NCBI GenBank assembly: GCA_020434365.1
Contig: JAGRAX010000001.1
Location: 8,568 to 72,567, forward strand
Source of the DNA: Bdellovibrionales bacterium
GTDB lineage: Bacteria; Bdellovibrionota_G; JALEGL01; JAGRMV01
Direction of reading: 5' to 3'
Length of the DNA stretch: 64,000 bases
Shown: positions 9,263 to 18,393 of the stretch, piece by piece
How the letters are laid out: each line of letters begins with the position of its first letter
How positions within the stretch are numbered: the stretch's first letter is position 1
Translations under genes and position numbers: made by a program
Notes under the pieces: generated by a model
Seen by the model: the letters and a program-made list of their open reading frames with translations, nothing else
The model's database searches: none
Told to the model about the DNA's origin: nothing

Positions 9263-10102
9263 CTATAAAAAATTTTTGCTTTTGAGAGGCTTTTTTCTAG
9301 TTTCAGCAATGGTATCCAGCATCACTCGATGAAGTTTTTTGTTACTGGCTACAATTTGCCTGTTCCAAAAGTCTTTGATTTTTTTTCCCTCATAGTCTGT
9401 GACTTTTCCTCCCGCTTCTTCCACAAGTAGAATCCCCGCAGCCACATCCCAGGGATGAAGTCCCGGTTCCCAAAAGCCATCAAAGCGTCCACATGCAACT
9501 TGTGCCAAGTCTGTTGCTGCAGATCCCGGCCTACGCACGCATCTGGAACGAAGTTCAAAACGAACAAAAGCGGCCATGTTGTTTTCGTCGCTCTCTTTTC
9601 GATCATAGGGAAAACCCGTAGCCAGTAAGGCTTGAGAGAGTTTTTTTGTGGAAGAGACGGAAATTTTTTCTCCATTGCAGTATGCGCCTTTCCCAGACAC
9701 AGCTGTGTACGTTTCTTTCCACAAAGGATGTGCGATGACACCAAAGAGAATTTTTCCCTTGGATACAAAGGCAATGGAGACCGCAAATACCGGAAAGCCA
9801 TGCGCAAAGTTTGTGGTTCCATCAATGGGATCGATGATCCATACCTCACCTTTGCGTGGATCTACGCTGTGATCACTTTCTTCGGCCAAAATCTGATGCA
9901 AAGGAAAATGCTGCCTAATGATTTTTTTGATGGCCGCCTCGCTGGCCAAATCTGCGGTCGTAACCAAGTCGCTCTCGCCTTTCATTGATGTGACGAAATC
10001 CCTTTGTTTGTAATGTTTTCGAATGATGGCGCAGGCTTTTTGAGCCGCAAGTTTTCCTACGGTTTCTATATTTTCAAGATCAATCTTTGAAGTATGTTTC
10101 AT
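9263..10102 (-). CDS. suhB: inositol monophosphatase family protein (SuhB-like)
   Basis: 279 aa with the IMPase motifs ..WIIDPIDGTTNFAHG.. and ..WDVAAG... Confidence 0.85.
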   Translation of the reverse strand: MKHTSKIDLENIETVGKLAAQKACAIIRKHYKQRDFVTSMKGESDLVTTADLASEAAIKKIIRQHFPLHQILAEESDHSVDPRKGEVWIIDPIDGTTNFAHGFPVFAVSIAFVSKGKILFGVIAHPLWKETYTAVSGKGAYCNGEKISVSSTKKLSQALLATGFPYDRKESDENNMAAFVRFELRSRCVRRPGSAATDLAQVACGRFDGFWEPGLHPWDVAAGILLVEEAGGKVTDYEGKKIKDFWNRQIVASNKKLHRVMLDTIAETRKKPLKSKNFL

Positions 10103-10247
10103 GGTCTATTGTGCTTTCTATGCTTATGAGGCCATTTCTGAGTCATTTTTCAGCAAGAGGAACCTGTTTTTTCTCTTAGTGTAAACTTTTGATTCCATTT
10201 TTTTTGCCGCTTTTTTTTAACTAGTGAATATCATTAAAGCAATGCGC

Positions 10248-10262
10248 TGGCACTGCTTTTGC
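10248..10262 (+). promoter_or_regulatory. sigma-54 (RpoN) -24/-12 promoter
   Basis: TGGCACtgcttTTGCT has an exact GG-N10-GC spacing, a perfect -24 TGGCAC and a TTGCT -12 element. It lies ~320 nt upstream of a sigma-54 activator gene. Confidence 0.55.
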
Positions 10263-10437
10263 TAAGTATATGGGCATGAAACAAAGATCAAAAGAAAATC
10301 GAAGGATGGGAAGAATGATCCCTGATCTTATGGATCGCTAACAAAGGCCTGCAGCACTTGGGTCTTTTCTCTCAAGACTCAAGTTGAGGCCAAGGCCCTC
10401 ACAAGAGGGATTATGGTTACCACAACAACGCAAGTAA

Positions 10438-10472
10438 AAGCCTGAATCGCTACCCTGATTCGGGCTTTTTTC
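10438..10472 (+). terminator. intrinsic terminator or attenuator hairpin
   Basis: 11-bp stem AAGCCTGAATC / GATTCGGGCTT (one G-U wobble) with an 8-nt loop, followed by TTTTTTC. It sits ~175 nt downstream of the sigma-54 promoter and ~100 nt upstream of the activator start. Confidence 0.5.
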
Positions 10473-10501
10473 TTTGACTGCCGAAATAATGCACAAATCG
10501 C

Positions 10502-10531
10502 TTGGTTTTTGCGCACAACATCGCGTAAAAT
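10502..10531 (+). promoter_or_regulatory. candidate sigma-70 promoter for the activator gene
   Basis: -35 TTGGTT, an 18-nt spacer and -10 TAAAAT, ending ~48 nt upstream of the ATG at 10579. Confidence 0.35.
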
Positions 10532-10578
10532 AGTAGTCATCCCACCCATTTTTGAGCAGAAAGTAGGCAAACTACAGC

Positions 10579-12417
10579 ATGGAATATGAAAAAACCCAAC
10601 CGCAGTTCATGGACAAAATTGATGACGAAAAATCCGTCCCTCTTGAAAAATCCTATTTGGTCGCTATGACCGGTCCCCAAGCCGGTACTGTATTCACACT
10701 ATCTGATGGGTCCATGATTGTGGGAAGACAACCGACTGCAGATATTTTTCTTAATGATCATCAGGTCTCTCGAAATCATGCCGAATTTGTCACCAGCATG
10801 GGAGAAACGCAGGTCCATGATCTGGGCTCAACCAATGGAACCTTTCTCAATGGAGAAAAACTAGAAAAAAAAGTGGCGATCTCTGATGGAGATGAAGTTC
10901 AGCTGGGCGCAACTTGTTTTCGATTTTCGATTCACAACCCCATCGATGGAAATCGACTGGGCCTGAGCAATCACGGATATTTTGAAACGCGTTTGCACGA
11001 AGAACTCGATCGAGCCTCTAGGTACAAACGAGATCTGTCTGTGCTCATGATCAGTCCTGCCATCGATCCCAAAGAAATTTTAGACAAAGCCAAACTCCTC
11101 TCGGACCACTACCCTGACGTCGTTGAAAAAATTCGAGGCATCATTCGCACCATGGATTTGCTCGCGCACTATGGAAAATATGAATTGGAACTTCTTCTGC
11201 CAGAAACATCGAAAAAAGATGCGTTAATTCTAGCAGAAAGAATCTTGGCCGATGCTACTTTTGGAAAAGATGAAAACCTTTCCATTGGAATGGCTTCTTT
11301 TCCGGAAGATGGGCGCACTCCTGACATCCTTTTAGAGCGATCTCGATTGGCTTTGAAAAAAGCTCGAACGGAGAAAAAAACCAAACCCGTTGTAGACTTG
11401 GCAGAAGAAAGACATCGTCTCATTCTTTCCAATGAAAAAGAAGTCATCGTTCGAAGCGAAAAAATGAAGGAGCTTTTTGATGTTATCGAGCGCATCGCCA
11501 AATCTACCATCACCGTTTTAATTCAAGGGGAGACAGGCGTTGGAAAAGAGGTTGTCGCTGAAACCATTCACACCAAAAGTGATCGCTCTAAAGATCCATT
11601 GGTTTGTGTCAACTGCGCGGCGCTTACGGAAACGCTTCTAGAAAGCGAACTTTTTGGACATGAAAAAGGATCTTTCACTGGCGCAGATCAAACCAAAATT
11701 GGTCTTTTCGAAAGTGCCAATGGTGGAACCATTTTTTTGGATGAGATTGGAGAAATGCCGCTAAAAACTCAGGCCAAACTTCTTCGCGTACTTCAAGCCA
11801 AGAAAATCATGCGCGTGGGATCAAACAAAGAAATTAACACCGATGTGCGTATCATTGCTGCCACTAATAGAAAGCTCGAAAAGCAAGTAGAGGAGAAGAA
11901 TTTTCGCGAAGACTTATTCTATCGACTCAATGCCGCTACGCTCACCATACCTCCACTACGAGAAAGGAAAAAAGAGGTTCCCTATCTCGTACAAACTTTT
12001 ATCAAAGAATGCTGTGAAGAAAACGGCATCGACAACAAGGACATTTCACCCGATGCCCTAGATATTTTGATGAAATACTCCTGGCCTGGAAACATTCGAG
12101 AACTACGAAATACCGTAGAGCGCGCCGTTGTCATTTCTGAAGGTGAGACCATTTATAAAGAAGCCTTGACCAGCAGACTCACCTCTGATGTAGATCAGAT
12201 CACTTCTTCTTCTTCGATCGACAATCTAGATGCGGCCGTAGACTCTACCATGGTCGGAGACATGAAAGAGGTCATCGCCGCATACGAAAGAGATCTGATC
12301 ATCAACGCCCTGAAGAAAACGCAGTGGAATCAAACGAAGGCCTCAGAAATTTTAAATGTTCCCAGAAGAACACTGGTCTCAAAAATCAAAAAGTACAAAA
12401 TCAAAGAGGATGAATAG
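10579..12417 (+). CDS. sigma-54-dependent transcriptional activator with an N-terminal FHA domain and a degenerate GGDEF-like domain
   Basis: 612-aa ORF. FHA motifs are ..GRQPTADIFLNDHQVSRNHAEF..GSTNGTFLNGEKL... The GGDEF-like fold reads ..RYKRDLSVLMISPAID..IRTMDLLAHYGKYELELLLPETS... The AAA+ sigma-54 interaction motifs are VLIQGETGVGKE, ESELFGHEKGSFTGA and GGTIFLDEIGEM, and a C-terminal Fis-type HTH is NVPRRTLVSKIKKY. Confidence 0.85.
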   Translation: MEYEKTQPQFMDKIDDEKSVPLEKSYLVAMTGPQAGTVFTLSDGSMIVGRQPTADIFLNDHQVSRNHAEFVTSMGETQVHDLGSTNGTFLNGEKLEKKVAISDGDEVQLGATCFRFSIHNPIDGNRLGLSNHGYFETRLHEELDRASRYKRDLSVLMISPAIDPKEILDKAKLLSDHYPDVVEKIRGIIRTMDLLAHYGKYELELLLPETSKKDALILAERILADATFGKDENLSIGMASFPEDGRTPDILLERSRLALKKARTEKKTKPVVDLAEERHRLILSNEKEVIVRSEKMKELFDVIERIAKSTITVLIQGETGVGKEVVAETIHTKSDRSKDPLVCVNCAALTETLLESELFGHEKGSFTGADQTKIGLFESANGGTIFLDEIGEMPLKTQAKLLRVLQAKKIMRVGSNKEINTDVRIIAATNRKLEKQVEEKNFREDLFYRLNAATLTIPPLRERKKEVPYLVQTFIKECCEENGIDNKDISPDALDILMKYSWPGNIRELRNTVERAVVISEGETIYKEALTSRLTSDVDQITSSSSIDNLDAAVDSTMVGDMKEVIAAYERDLIINALKKTQWNQTKASEILNVPRRTLVSKIKKYKIKEDE

Positions 12418-12429
12418 ATCGGAGGATAG

Positions 12430-13038
12430 ATGAAAAAAATTGTTCCGCAAAAAAATCTGCACGAGTTTTTTTATCAGGAAATTCAATCCATCTTGGCTCA
12501 AGAACCTGACTCTATTGATCCTGCCGCAAGTTTTTATTTGGTCAATCTTCTCTCCACCATCTATCAAAAAAATGAAACGCAGCAATCTGTCATCAATTTT
12601 TTTGATGAACCCTTGGCCTTACTCCTAGCCCGAGCACATCACAGCAATGATCCAGAAGAAAGATTTACGCTCTTAAAGCATTTGGGAGATCGAGCATTAT
12701 ATATTTCTGGATTTTTTGGGGACAGTCTCGGACAAAGTGCGGTGGATCTTGACTATTATATGGCCATGGGTGGGACGGCCTATCGATCTCTTTCTTCCAT
12801 TTCCAAAGAAAAACCCCGACAAAAAAATCTGTCAGAGCTTTTTCAAAGTCTTGCCGCACATTTTGCGCAGCTTGTAGACATCATCTCACAAATCAGCGAA
12901 GCTTCGGGGATTACAAAAAATGAAGACCTCCTTAGACTTTATGAGAGATGGATTCACACCAAGAGTTCTAGACTTTTGCAAAAACTCAAAGATCAAGGCA
13001 TTGATCCACTAGAGCAACATAAAAAAATTCTTCACTAA
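12430..13038 (+). CDS. hypothetical protein
   Basis: 202-aa ORF 12 nt downstream of the activator gene, with a GGAGGATAG SD-like sequence just before it. No recognisable domain. Confidence 0.5.
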   Translation: MKKIVPQKNLHEFFYQEIQSILAQEPDSIDPAASFYLVNLLSTIYQKNETQQSVINFFDEPLALLLARAHHSNDPEERFTLLKHLGDRALYISGFFGDSLGQSAVDLDYYMAMGGTAYRSLSSISKEKPRQKNLSELFQSLAAHFAQLVDIISQISEASGITKNEDLLRLYERWIHTKSSRLLQKLKDQGIDPLEQHKKILH

Positions 13039-13046
13039 GCTTTCTA

Positions 13047-13697
13047 ATGTTGGGGCATTTTTTACATAAACGTCTTGAGTTGATTTATGGAGCTAGCAGT
13101 TCGTTGCGACTACACGATTTTATTCTTCCTCTCAAAGAGAATCAGGTATCAACAGTTTTTATGATAAGAAAAAAAACTGATGTATCCATCGCCGTCGGCC
13201 TGAAACCTCAAATTTTGGAACTCGCAAAGAGCAAGCAGATCTCTCATAGTTCTATGGAAAATTTTTGGGAACTGGTGGAAGAAATTTCTCATTTTACATA
13301 TTTGACTTTTTGTCTACGGATACAGAAACCCATAAGTCTTTTGGATATGGAAATGCAGGGAGAAATCGACAAGTATGTACTCACACAAGATTTGTTTGAT
13401 ACCGATCACACGCTCTACACAAAACTGTTTCACCAGTATTCATTGAGATCGCATTTAAATCCCGAAGAAAAGCAGCGCTACCATACCGCCAATCGATTGG
13501 GGGCAAAATTTATACGAAGTCTGACTCAGAAGAAATACGGACGTTTTTTTTGGTCTGAAGGGCTTTTGCGTAGGTTTAGAGATTTTTATCGAAGAGCATC
13601 TTTCGAAAAATGTCGTTGGGTTGAATCAAAGTTAAGCTTTTATTCCCGCAAGGAAATGGAGAAAATCTTTGCGCAATCAATGAGATCATGTAGGTAA
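13047..13697 (+). CDS. hypothetical protein
   Basis: 216-aa ORF tightly linked to the flanking genes on the same strand. No domain recognised. Confidence 0.5.
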   Translation: MLGHFLHKRLELIYGASSSLRLHDFILPLKENQVSTVFMIRKKTDVSIAVGLKPQILELAKSKQISHSSMENFWELVEEISHFTYLTFCLRIQKPISLLDMEMQGEIDKYVLTQDLFDTDHTLYTKLFHQYSLRSHLNPEEKQRYHTANRLGAKFIRSLTQKKYGRFFWSEGLLRRFRDFYRRASFEKCRWVESKLSFYSRKEMEKIFAQSMRSCR

Positions 13698-13707
13698 GGA
13701 GTCAAGC

Positions 13708-14052
13708 ATGAGCAAAGAACAAAGATCCGTAAAAAGAGTCCCTTTACAAATCAAAGTTGATTATAAATCCGAAGGTAATTTTCTTTTTGAAAATGCTACC
13801 AACATCAGTGAACACGGGATTTTTATCGAAACGGATCAACCTTTGGACCCCGGAACCGTTCTTCAACTTCAGTTTACCTTGCCTGAAACACGCAAGACAC
13901 TCAAGGTCATGGGTAAAGTCAAATGGATCAACCCTTTCCGAGAAAATGCCCAGGAGAATTACAATCCAGGCATGGGTGTGCAGTTTGAAAGTTTGGGAGA
14001 AGTAGATCGAGAAATTCTTCTCAATGCAATCAAACGCATTGCCGTATTATAA
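13708..14052 (+). CDS. PilZ-domain protein (single-domain c-di-GMP receptor candidate)
   Basis: 114 aa carrying an RxxxR motif (RSVKR) and an NxSxxG motif (NISEHG). It is a paralog of the ORFs at 15979 and 27610. Confidence 0.75.
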   Translation: MSKEQRSVKRVPLQIKVDYKSEGNFLFENATNISEHGIFIETDQPLDPGTVLQLQFTLPETRKTLKVMGKVKWINPFRENAQENYNPGMGVQFESLGEVDREILLNAIKRIAVL

Positions 14053-14622
14053 AATTTGCTTTTCTTTCACCTGTATAAGCTCACCCTTGGAGTTATACTG
14101 TATGTCCCATTGCACTTTAATCCCCAGACGATTTTCCGTTTGAAATTCCATCGTAAAATTTGAGCCCTTTTTGATGGGTAAAAAAGCAGCATTTTGATGA
14201 ATGAGTTTAGATTTTGGACGATGAACGCCTACAAAAGTTCGTACAAATTTTTCGTGATCTTCCAATTTTTGTATCTGAAATTTTTTTGCTGCAATCCATC
14301 CATTCCAAATCTTAATCTCTCTCACATCAAAAATTATGTATTCTGATCCAGATTTGCCCAGAACCCAAAAGGGGTTGGGGAAAAAATCCGTCGCACTGAC
14401 AAAGAACAGCTTCTCTTGAGGAAAAAGCGCGATAGATCTTTCGGAAATCAAAAAATTGCATTGCGCGCAAATGGGATCTCTTTTTTTTATGCTTTGCTCA
14501 ATTTTTTCTTGATCTACTGCAACGGCAGAAGAAGTCAAAAAAAGCGTCAGTCCCAACACCCATAAACATGTCTTAGGGATATGCAATGCCCACCTCCAGA
14601 TTCTCATAGACCGTAAACGCAT
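14047..14622 (-). CDS. hypothetical secreted protein
   Basis: 191 aa with an N-terminal signal-like segment (..CLWVLGLTLFLTSSAVA). The true start is probably one of the internal Met, which shortens the overlap with the upstream gene. Confidence 0.45.
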   Translation of the reverse strand: MRLRSMRIWRWALHIPKTCLWVLGLTLFLTSSAVAVDQEKIEQSIKKRDPICAQCNFLISERSIALFPQEKLFFVSATDFFPNPFWVLGKSGSEYIIFDVREIKIWNGWIAAKKFQIQKLEDHEKFVRTFVGVHRPKSKLIHQNAAFLPIKKGSNFTMEFQTENRLGIKVQWDIQYNSKGELIQVKEKQIL

Positions 14623-15877
14623 TTTTTATGCTTGAGGGGGAAAGTTGCCCTCTCTTTTTTTCCTTATTTAAGCGCTCGATGGCTCTGCGGAGACTTCCAT
14701 CTTTTTCTTTTTGAACGTAGACCATCGCCAAAGAAACGAGGTACTTTACCTCATCAGGCGAACTCGCGGCAGGATGGATGTATATTTTTTTGGAGGCGAC
14801 ATCAAAAATAACAGGCTGTTCTGGAAAGAAGTGTTCCAAACGAACAAAATGATCCACATTGACTACAATGTGTGACACCGTCTGCTCCAACAAGCTCTGA
14901 GTCTTTCTTCGTCCCAAAAGAGTCATCAAATTGGAGAAGTTTTTGTTTGCCGCGCGGCTCCATGGACCGCCACTCTGGTCTGTTTTTTGTAAAGACTCAA
15001 AAAACAGATGTTCAAAATCAATTTTAGATTCTGAAACATATCCCATGACCTGATTTGGCGGCAATGCTTCAAAAGATTCGAGTTCTTGCAAAAAGGAATA
15101 ACTACCTTTTTTTTCATACTGACGAGATTTTCCAATCCACCCTAGACCTCCATCCGCAGACATATGGACATTGCTGCTGGCAGCCACCATAAGCTGGGCC
15201 AAGTTTTCAACTGCAGCTCTGGCTGGAGCAAGCGAGCCCCCAGAAGGTGTACACGAGTTCATCATTTTTGCCATAGACACCGCACGATCCATGCCTGAGC
15301 TTCCCGATCCCCCTCCGCCTGCCACGGGATTTTGCTCTCCGCTCATCGCCTGATCCATTAGACGATTCCACTCCAACAGGTCTCCCAGTGATTTTTGCTC
15401 TCGGATGATTTGGTCACGTTGATCTGCCGGGTTATTTTTTTGACCGGGAACCAAACCTTCAAAAGAAAATATGAGCTCTGTCAAACGATCGGAGGAAAGC
15501 GAAGACCAAGATCCCGACCACAAATGGCTCGACACCAATTGATCCGGTGTTTTAACCCCTACAGTGCAGCGCCCTTCACTGTCGATCACCACACGATACT
15601 CGTTTGTCCCCACACGAAAACGGTAGGTACGGGTCGAAAAGCCTGCTCTTTCTTTAAGTTCTTTGGCCAGCAGAGGCTTGTTTCCAGTGCTTTGTAAGAG
15701 CTCGTTGAGCATTTTCTCAATTTTGGCTTCTTCAGCGGGAGTTTTGGCATAGGCCCCTTGAAAACAAGACAAAACCAGAAACGTCATGATCATATGGATT
15801 GTACCCGACTGCTTCATTTGCATTTCCATTGTATCATGCCAAGGGCCTAGATCCCATGCCTTTGCAATCATAGGCAT
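14573..15877 (-). CDS. hypothetical secreted protein
   Basis: 434 aa. A probable signal peptide starts at an internal Met (MKQSGTIHMIMTFLVLSCFQGAYA), and the protein has a Gly/Ser-rich central linker. No domain recognised. Confidence 0.5.
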   Translation of the reverse strand: MPMIAKAWDLGPWHDTMEMQMKQSGTIHMIMTFLVLSCFQGAYAKTPAEEAKIEKMLNELLQSTGNKPLLAKELKERAGFSTRTYRFRVGTNEYRVVIDSEGRCTVGVKTPDQLVSSHLWSGSWSSLSSDRLTELIFSFEGLVPGQKNNPADQRDQIIREQKSLGDLLEWNRLMDQAMSGEQNPVAGGGGSGSSGMDRAVSMAKMMNSCTPSGGSLAPARAAVENLAQLMVAASSNVHMSADGGLGWIGKSRQYEKKGSYSFLQELESFEALPPNQVMGYVSESKIDFEHLFFESLQKTDQSGGPWSRAANKNFSNLMTLLGRRKTQSLLEQTVSHIVVNVDHFVRLEHFFPEQPVIFDVASKKIYIHPAASSPDEVKYLVSLAMVYVQKEKDGSLRRAIERLNKEKKRGQLSPSSIKNAFTVYENLEVGIAYP

Positions 15878-15941
15878 TTTTGCTGTAAAGAAAGAGACTT
15901 TGAACTTTGATCATCCTCACAAGTTCAAGTAAACTGGCGGA

Positions 15942-15949
15942 TGTATAAT
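15942..15949 (+). promoter_or_regulatory. extended -10 promoter element (TGTATAAT)
   Basis: A TGnTATAAT consensus lies ~30 nt upstream of the PilZ gene start at 15979. Confidence 0.4.
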
Positions 15950-15978
15950 ATGCCTACACCCCATTAGGACTGCGAGAC

Positions 15979-16323
15979 ATGATAGAAAAACGTAAATACC
16001 CCCGGATTGAAGCCAAAATCAAAGTGAGCTTTCATAGCAAAGAAGAGCTCTCACTTGAATACACCAGAAACATCAGTGCAGGAGGGATTTTTCTCAAAAC
16101 TGATAAATTGCTCGACCCCAACTCAGAAATTGAACTGACCTTGGACTTACCGGAAAAACAGGGCGAAGTTCAAATCAAAGGAAAGGTGATGAGAGTCATG
16201 AGCATGAGTCATCCAGTGGATCCCGAAAAAATGGTCTACGGTGTGGGGGTCCGTTTCATCAACTTAACTCCAGAAATTTCTGAAAAAATTGAAACCTGCT
16301 TACAAAAACTAAGCGGCTCATAG
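15979..16323 (+). CDS. PilZ-domain protein
   Basis: 114 aa with RxxxR (RKYPR) and NxSxxG (NISAGG) motifs intact. Confidence 0.8.
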   Translation: MIEKRKYPRIEAKIKVSFHSKEELSLEYTRNISAGGIFLKTDKLLDPNSEIELTLDLPEKQGEVQIKGKVMRVMSMSHPVDPEKMVYGVGVRFINLTPEISEKIETCLQKLSGS

Positions 16324-16334
16324 AAGCCTATACC

Positions 16335-17603
16335 GTGAATTTTCTTCTTTCACTTTTTTCCCGTTCCCACTATCTGCCGATGTGGAGAAAATTTACGTTT
16401 CCGCTGCTTTCCATGATTGCATTTTTTGTGATGATCAACGCAGCTTGGACCTATTGGGTACTTTCTCAGGAAGTGGTCATTCGGGACTTGTTACAAACTT
16501 TAGCCACTCAACTTGAAATCAGGCCTTACAACGCTGTGGCCCTGTTTAGAGAGGATCTCGACAGTCAGCTGACAGACTACGGTCAAATTGCTTACATCAC
16601 CTATCAATCCCTGGTTAATGAAGATCGACATGGATACATAAACCTTCGCAGTTTTTCTCAAGGGGCTGGAAAGCTCGGCGATGTATTTTTTTTGCAGGGA
16701 GAAAAAAGAAGCTTAGAAGCCATTTTTCAAAATGAGAACTATTTTGCTTCTCCTTACCTAAAAGAACTGTCACAAAAAATTTATGACGGCCGCATTCCTG
16801 TGGGTCTACTCAAAGCGGGCTTTATTTTTCCAGGATATCATTCCTCATTGTCTTGGCTGGGCAGAGGTTTTGTCAGCATTCTTTTGCTTTTGAATATGTT
16901 GTGGGCCACATTGCTTCTTTTCTTTCTTCGAAAATCTCGACCCTTGCTCGAAAGATGCAAAAGATTAGAAGAGGCAGGAGACAAATTGATGGATCAAGAA
17001 ATTGAAGTCAAAATTTCCAAAGATTTAGCTTGGCTTAGTCATCCAAACGCAATGGATGCGCAGGACGACGAAGATACAAAAATCAATCAGCCGATCAAAG
17101 GAAAATGGAATGAATTATTTTCTGAGAACGATCTTCGACATATGAACTCGCAAGGACAATGGTATGTTCACAAACATCATGTCATTGGATTTCCCTGGGG
17201 AAGCTGCCTGACCATGAAAGAAAAATTGCATTCCCAATCTTATGATTTTGAGGTGGAGGTGCAAAAAATTTCTGGCATGGAAGGGTTTTTGCTTTTGTTT
17301 CCCTGCAATGGACATCAACTTTATTGGGTATTGGGTGGATGGAAAAACAAAAGAAGTGAAGTTGCCGGATATCCTCAAACCGTCTCCAAAAGCAAAATCG
17401 AAAGAGGCCGACGTTACTATTGCAAAATCGAGGTCGACGCGCATGAGGCACGTGGTTTTTTAGATGGGGTTCATGTTTGGACACTGCAAAGAGAAGAAAT
17501 TGATCGACCCTCCCCAGATGCCGGTCTTGCAAAAGGTCTGGGCGTAGGCGTTTGGAATTCTCTGACTCGCTTTGACCGCATCCGCATCGTTGAAAATATA
17601 TAA
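16335..17603 (+). CDS. hypothetical membrane protein, probably co-transcribed with the PilZ gene
   Basis: 422 aa with two to three predicted TM segments and a C-terminal ~170-aa soluble domain. It starts 12 nt after the PilZ stop. Confidence 0.5.
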   Translation: MNFLLSLFSRSHYLPMWRKFTFPLLSMIAFFVMINAAWTYWVLSQEVVIRDLLQTLATQLEIRPYNAVALFREDLDSQLTDYGQIAYITYQSLVNEDRHGYINLRSFSQGAGKLGDVFFLQGEKRSLEAIFQNENYFASPYLKELSQKIYDGRIPVGLLKAGFIFPGYHSSLSWLGRGFVSILLLLNMLWATLLLFFLRKSRPLLERCKRLEEAGDKLMDQEIEVKISKDLAWLSHPNAMDAQDDEDTKINQPIKGKWNELFSENDLRHMNSQGQWYVHKHHVIGFPWGSCLTMKEKLHSQSYDFEVEVQKISGMEGFLLLFPCNGHQLYWVLGGWKNKRSEVAGYPQTVSKSKIERGRRYYCKIEVDAHEARGFLDGVHVWTLQREEIDRPSPDAGLAKGLGVGVWNSLTRFDRIRIVENI

Positions 17604-17619
17604 ATTCTGATTCAAATAC

Positions 17620-18393
17620 TTATGAAATCGCAAAAAGCCTCTTGGCGTTTTCTGTACTCTTTTGAATGAATTCATGAATCCCCAGACCATGAAGTGCGGC
17701 CACGTGATTTGCTACATGTGCTACAAAAGCCGGTTCGTTGGTTTTTCCACGATGTGGCACAGGAGCCAAATAAGGACAGTCGGTTTCAATCAAAATTCGA
17801 TCTAAAGGGACAATTTTGCATGCTTCTTGAACACTTTGAGCTTTTGCAAAAGTAACAATTCCCGAAAAAGAAATGTATGCGCCTAAATCAATATATGCCC
17901 GGGCTTCGTCTGGACTTCCAGAAAAGCAATGAATCACACCTCCGACTTTGCGAAAAATATCTGTGGAGGTAAAAATTTCAATGGAGTCTGCTGCTGCTTC
18001 TCGGGTATGAATACATACAGGCTTGGCCACTTCAACGGCCAAATCTAAAAGCTGCGCCAAAACATTTTTTTGAACCTCTTTGTCAGAATGCTCATAGTAG
18101 TAGTCCAAACCAATCTCTCCCAATGCAACAACCTTTTCTTTCTTTGCATAGGATCTAAGAAGGTTCAGATGCTCCGATGTGAAATGTTTGGCATCATGCG
18201 GATGAAAGCCTGCAGCCATAAACAGCTGCGGCCACGCCTGCACAAGAGCATAGGCCTGATCATATTTTTCAAACTCAGGACCCAATGCGATTTGAATGAT
18301 ATGCGTAAGCCCCGCAGTTTTTGCTCTTTCTAAAATTTGATCCAATTGACCTTGATACTGCGGAAAATCTAAATGCGCATGCGTGTCGATCAT
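17620..18393 (-). CDS. tatD: TatD-family metal-dependent hydrolase
   Basis: 257 aa. The start MIDTHAHLD and the internal ..GEIGLDYY.. and ..ETDCPYLAP.. motifs are those of TatD. Confidence 0.9.
   Translation of the reverse strand: MIDTHAHLDFPQYQGQLDQILERAKTAGLTHIIQIALGPEFEKYDQAYALVQAWPQLFMAAGFHPHDAKHFTSEHLNLLRSYAKKEKVVALGEIGLDYYYEHSDKEVQKNVLAQLLDLAVEVAKPVCIHTREAAADSIEIFTSTDIFRKVGGVIHCFSGSPDEARAYIDLGAYISFSGIVTFAKAQSVQEACKIVPLDRILIETDCPYLAPVPHRGKTNEPAFVAHVANHVAALHGLGIHEFIQKSTENAKRLFAIS

Noticed and set aside
9349-9988. ORFs 9349..9849 (-), 9632..9988 (+) and 9648..9872 (+) inside suhB.
   Set aside because: They are alternative-frame or antisense ORFs within a confidently assigned inositol monophosphatase gene.
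10379-10570. 63-aa minus-strand ORF in the activator upstream region.
   Set aside because: It is antisense to the sigma-54 promoter, hairpin and terminator, and overlaps the candidate sigma-70 promoter. It has no Shine-Dalgarno sequence, so this region is more likely non-coding regulatory RNA or DNA.
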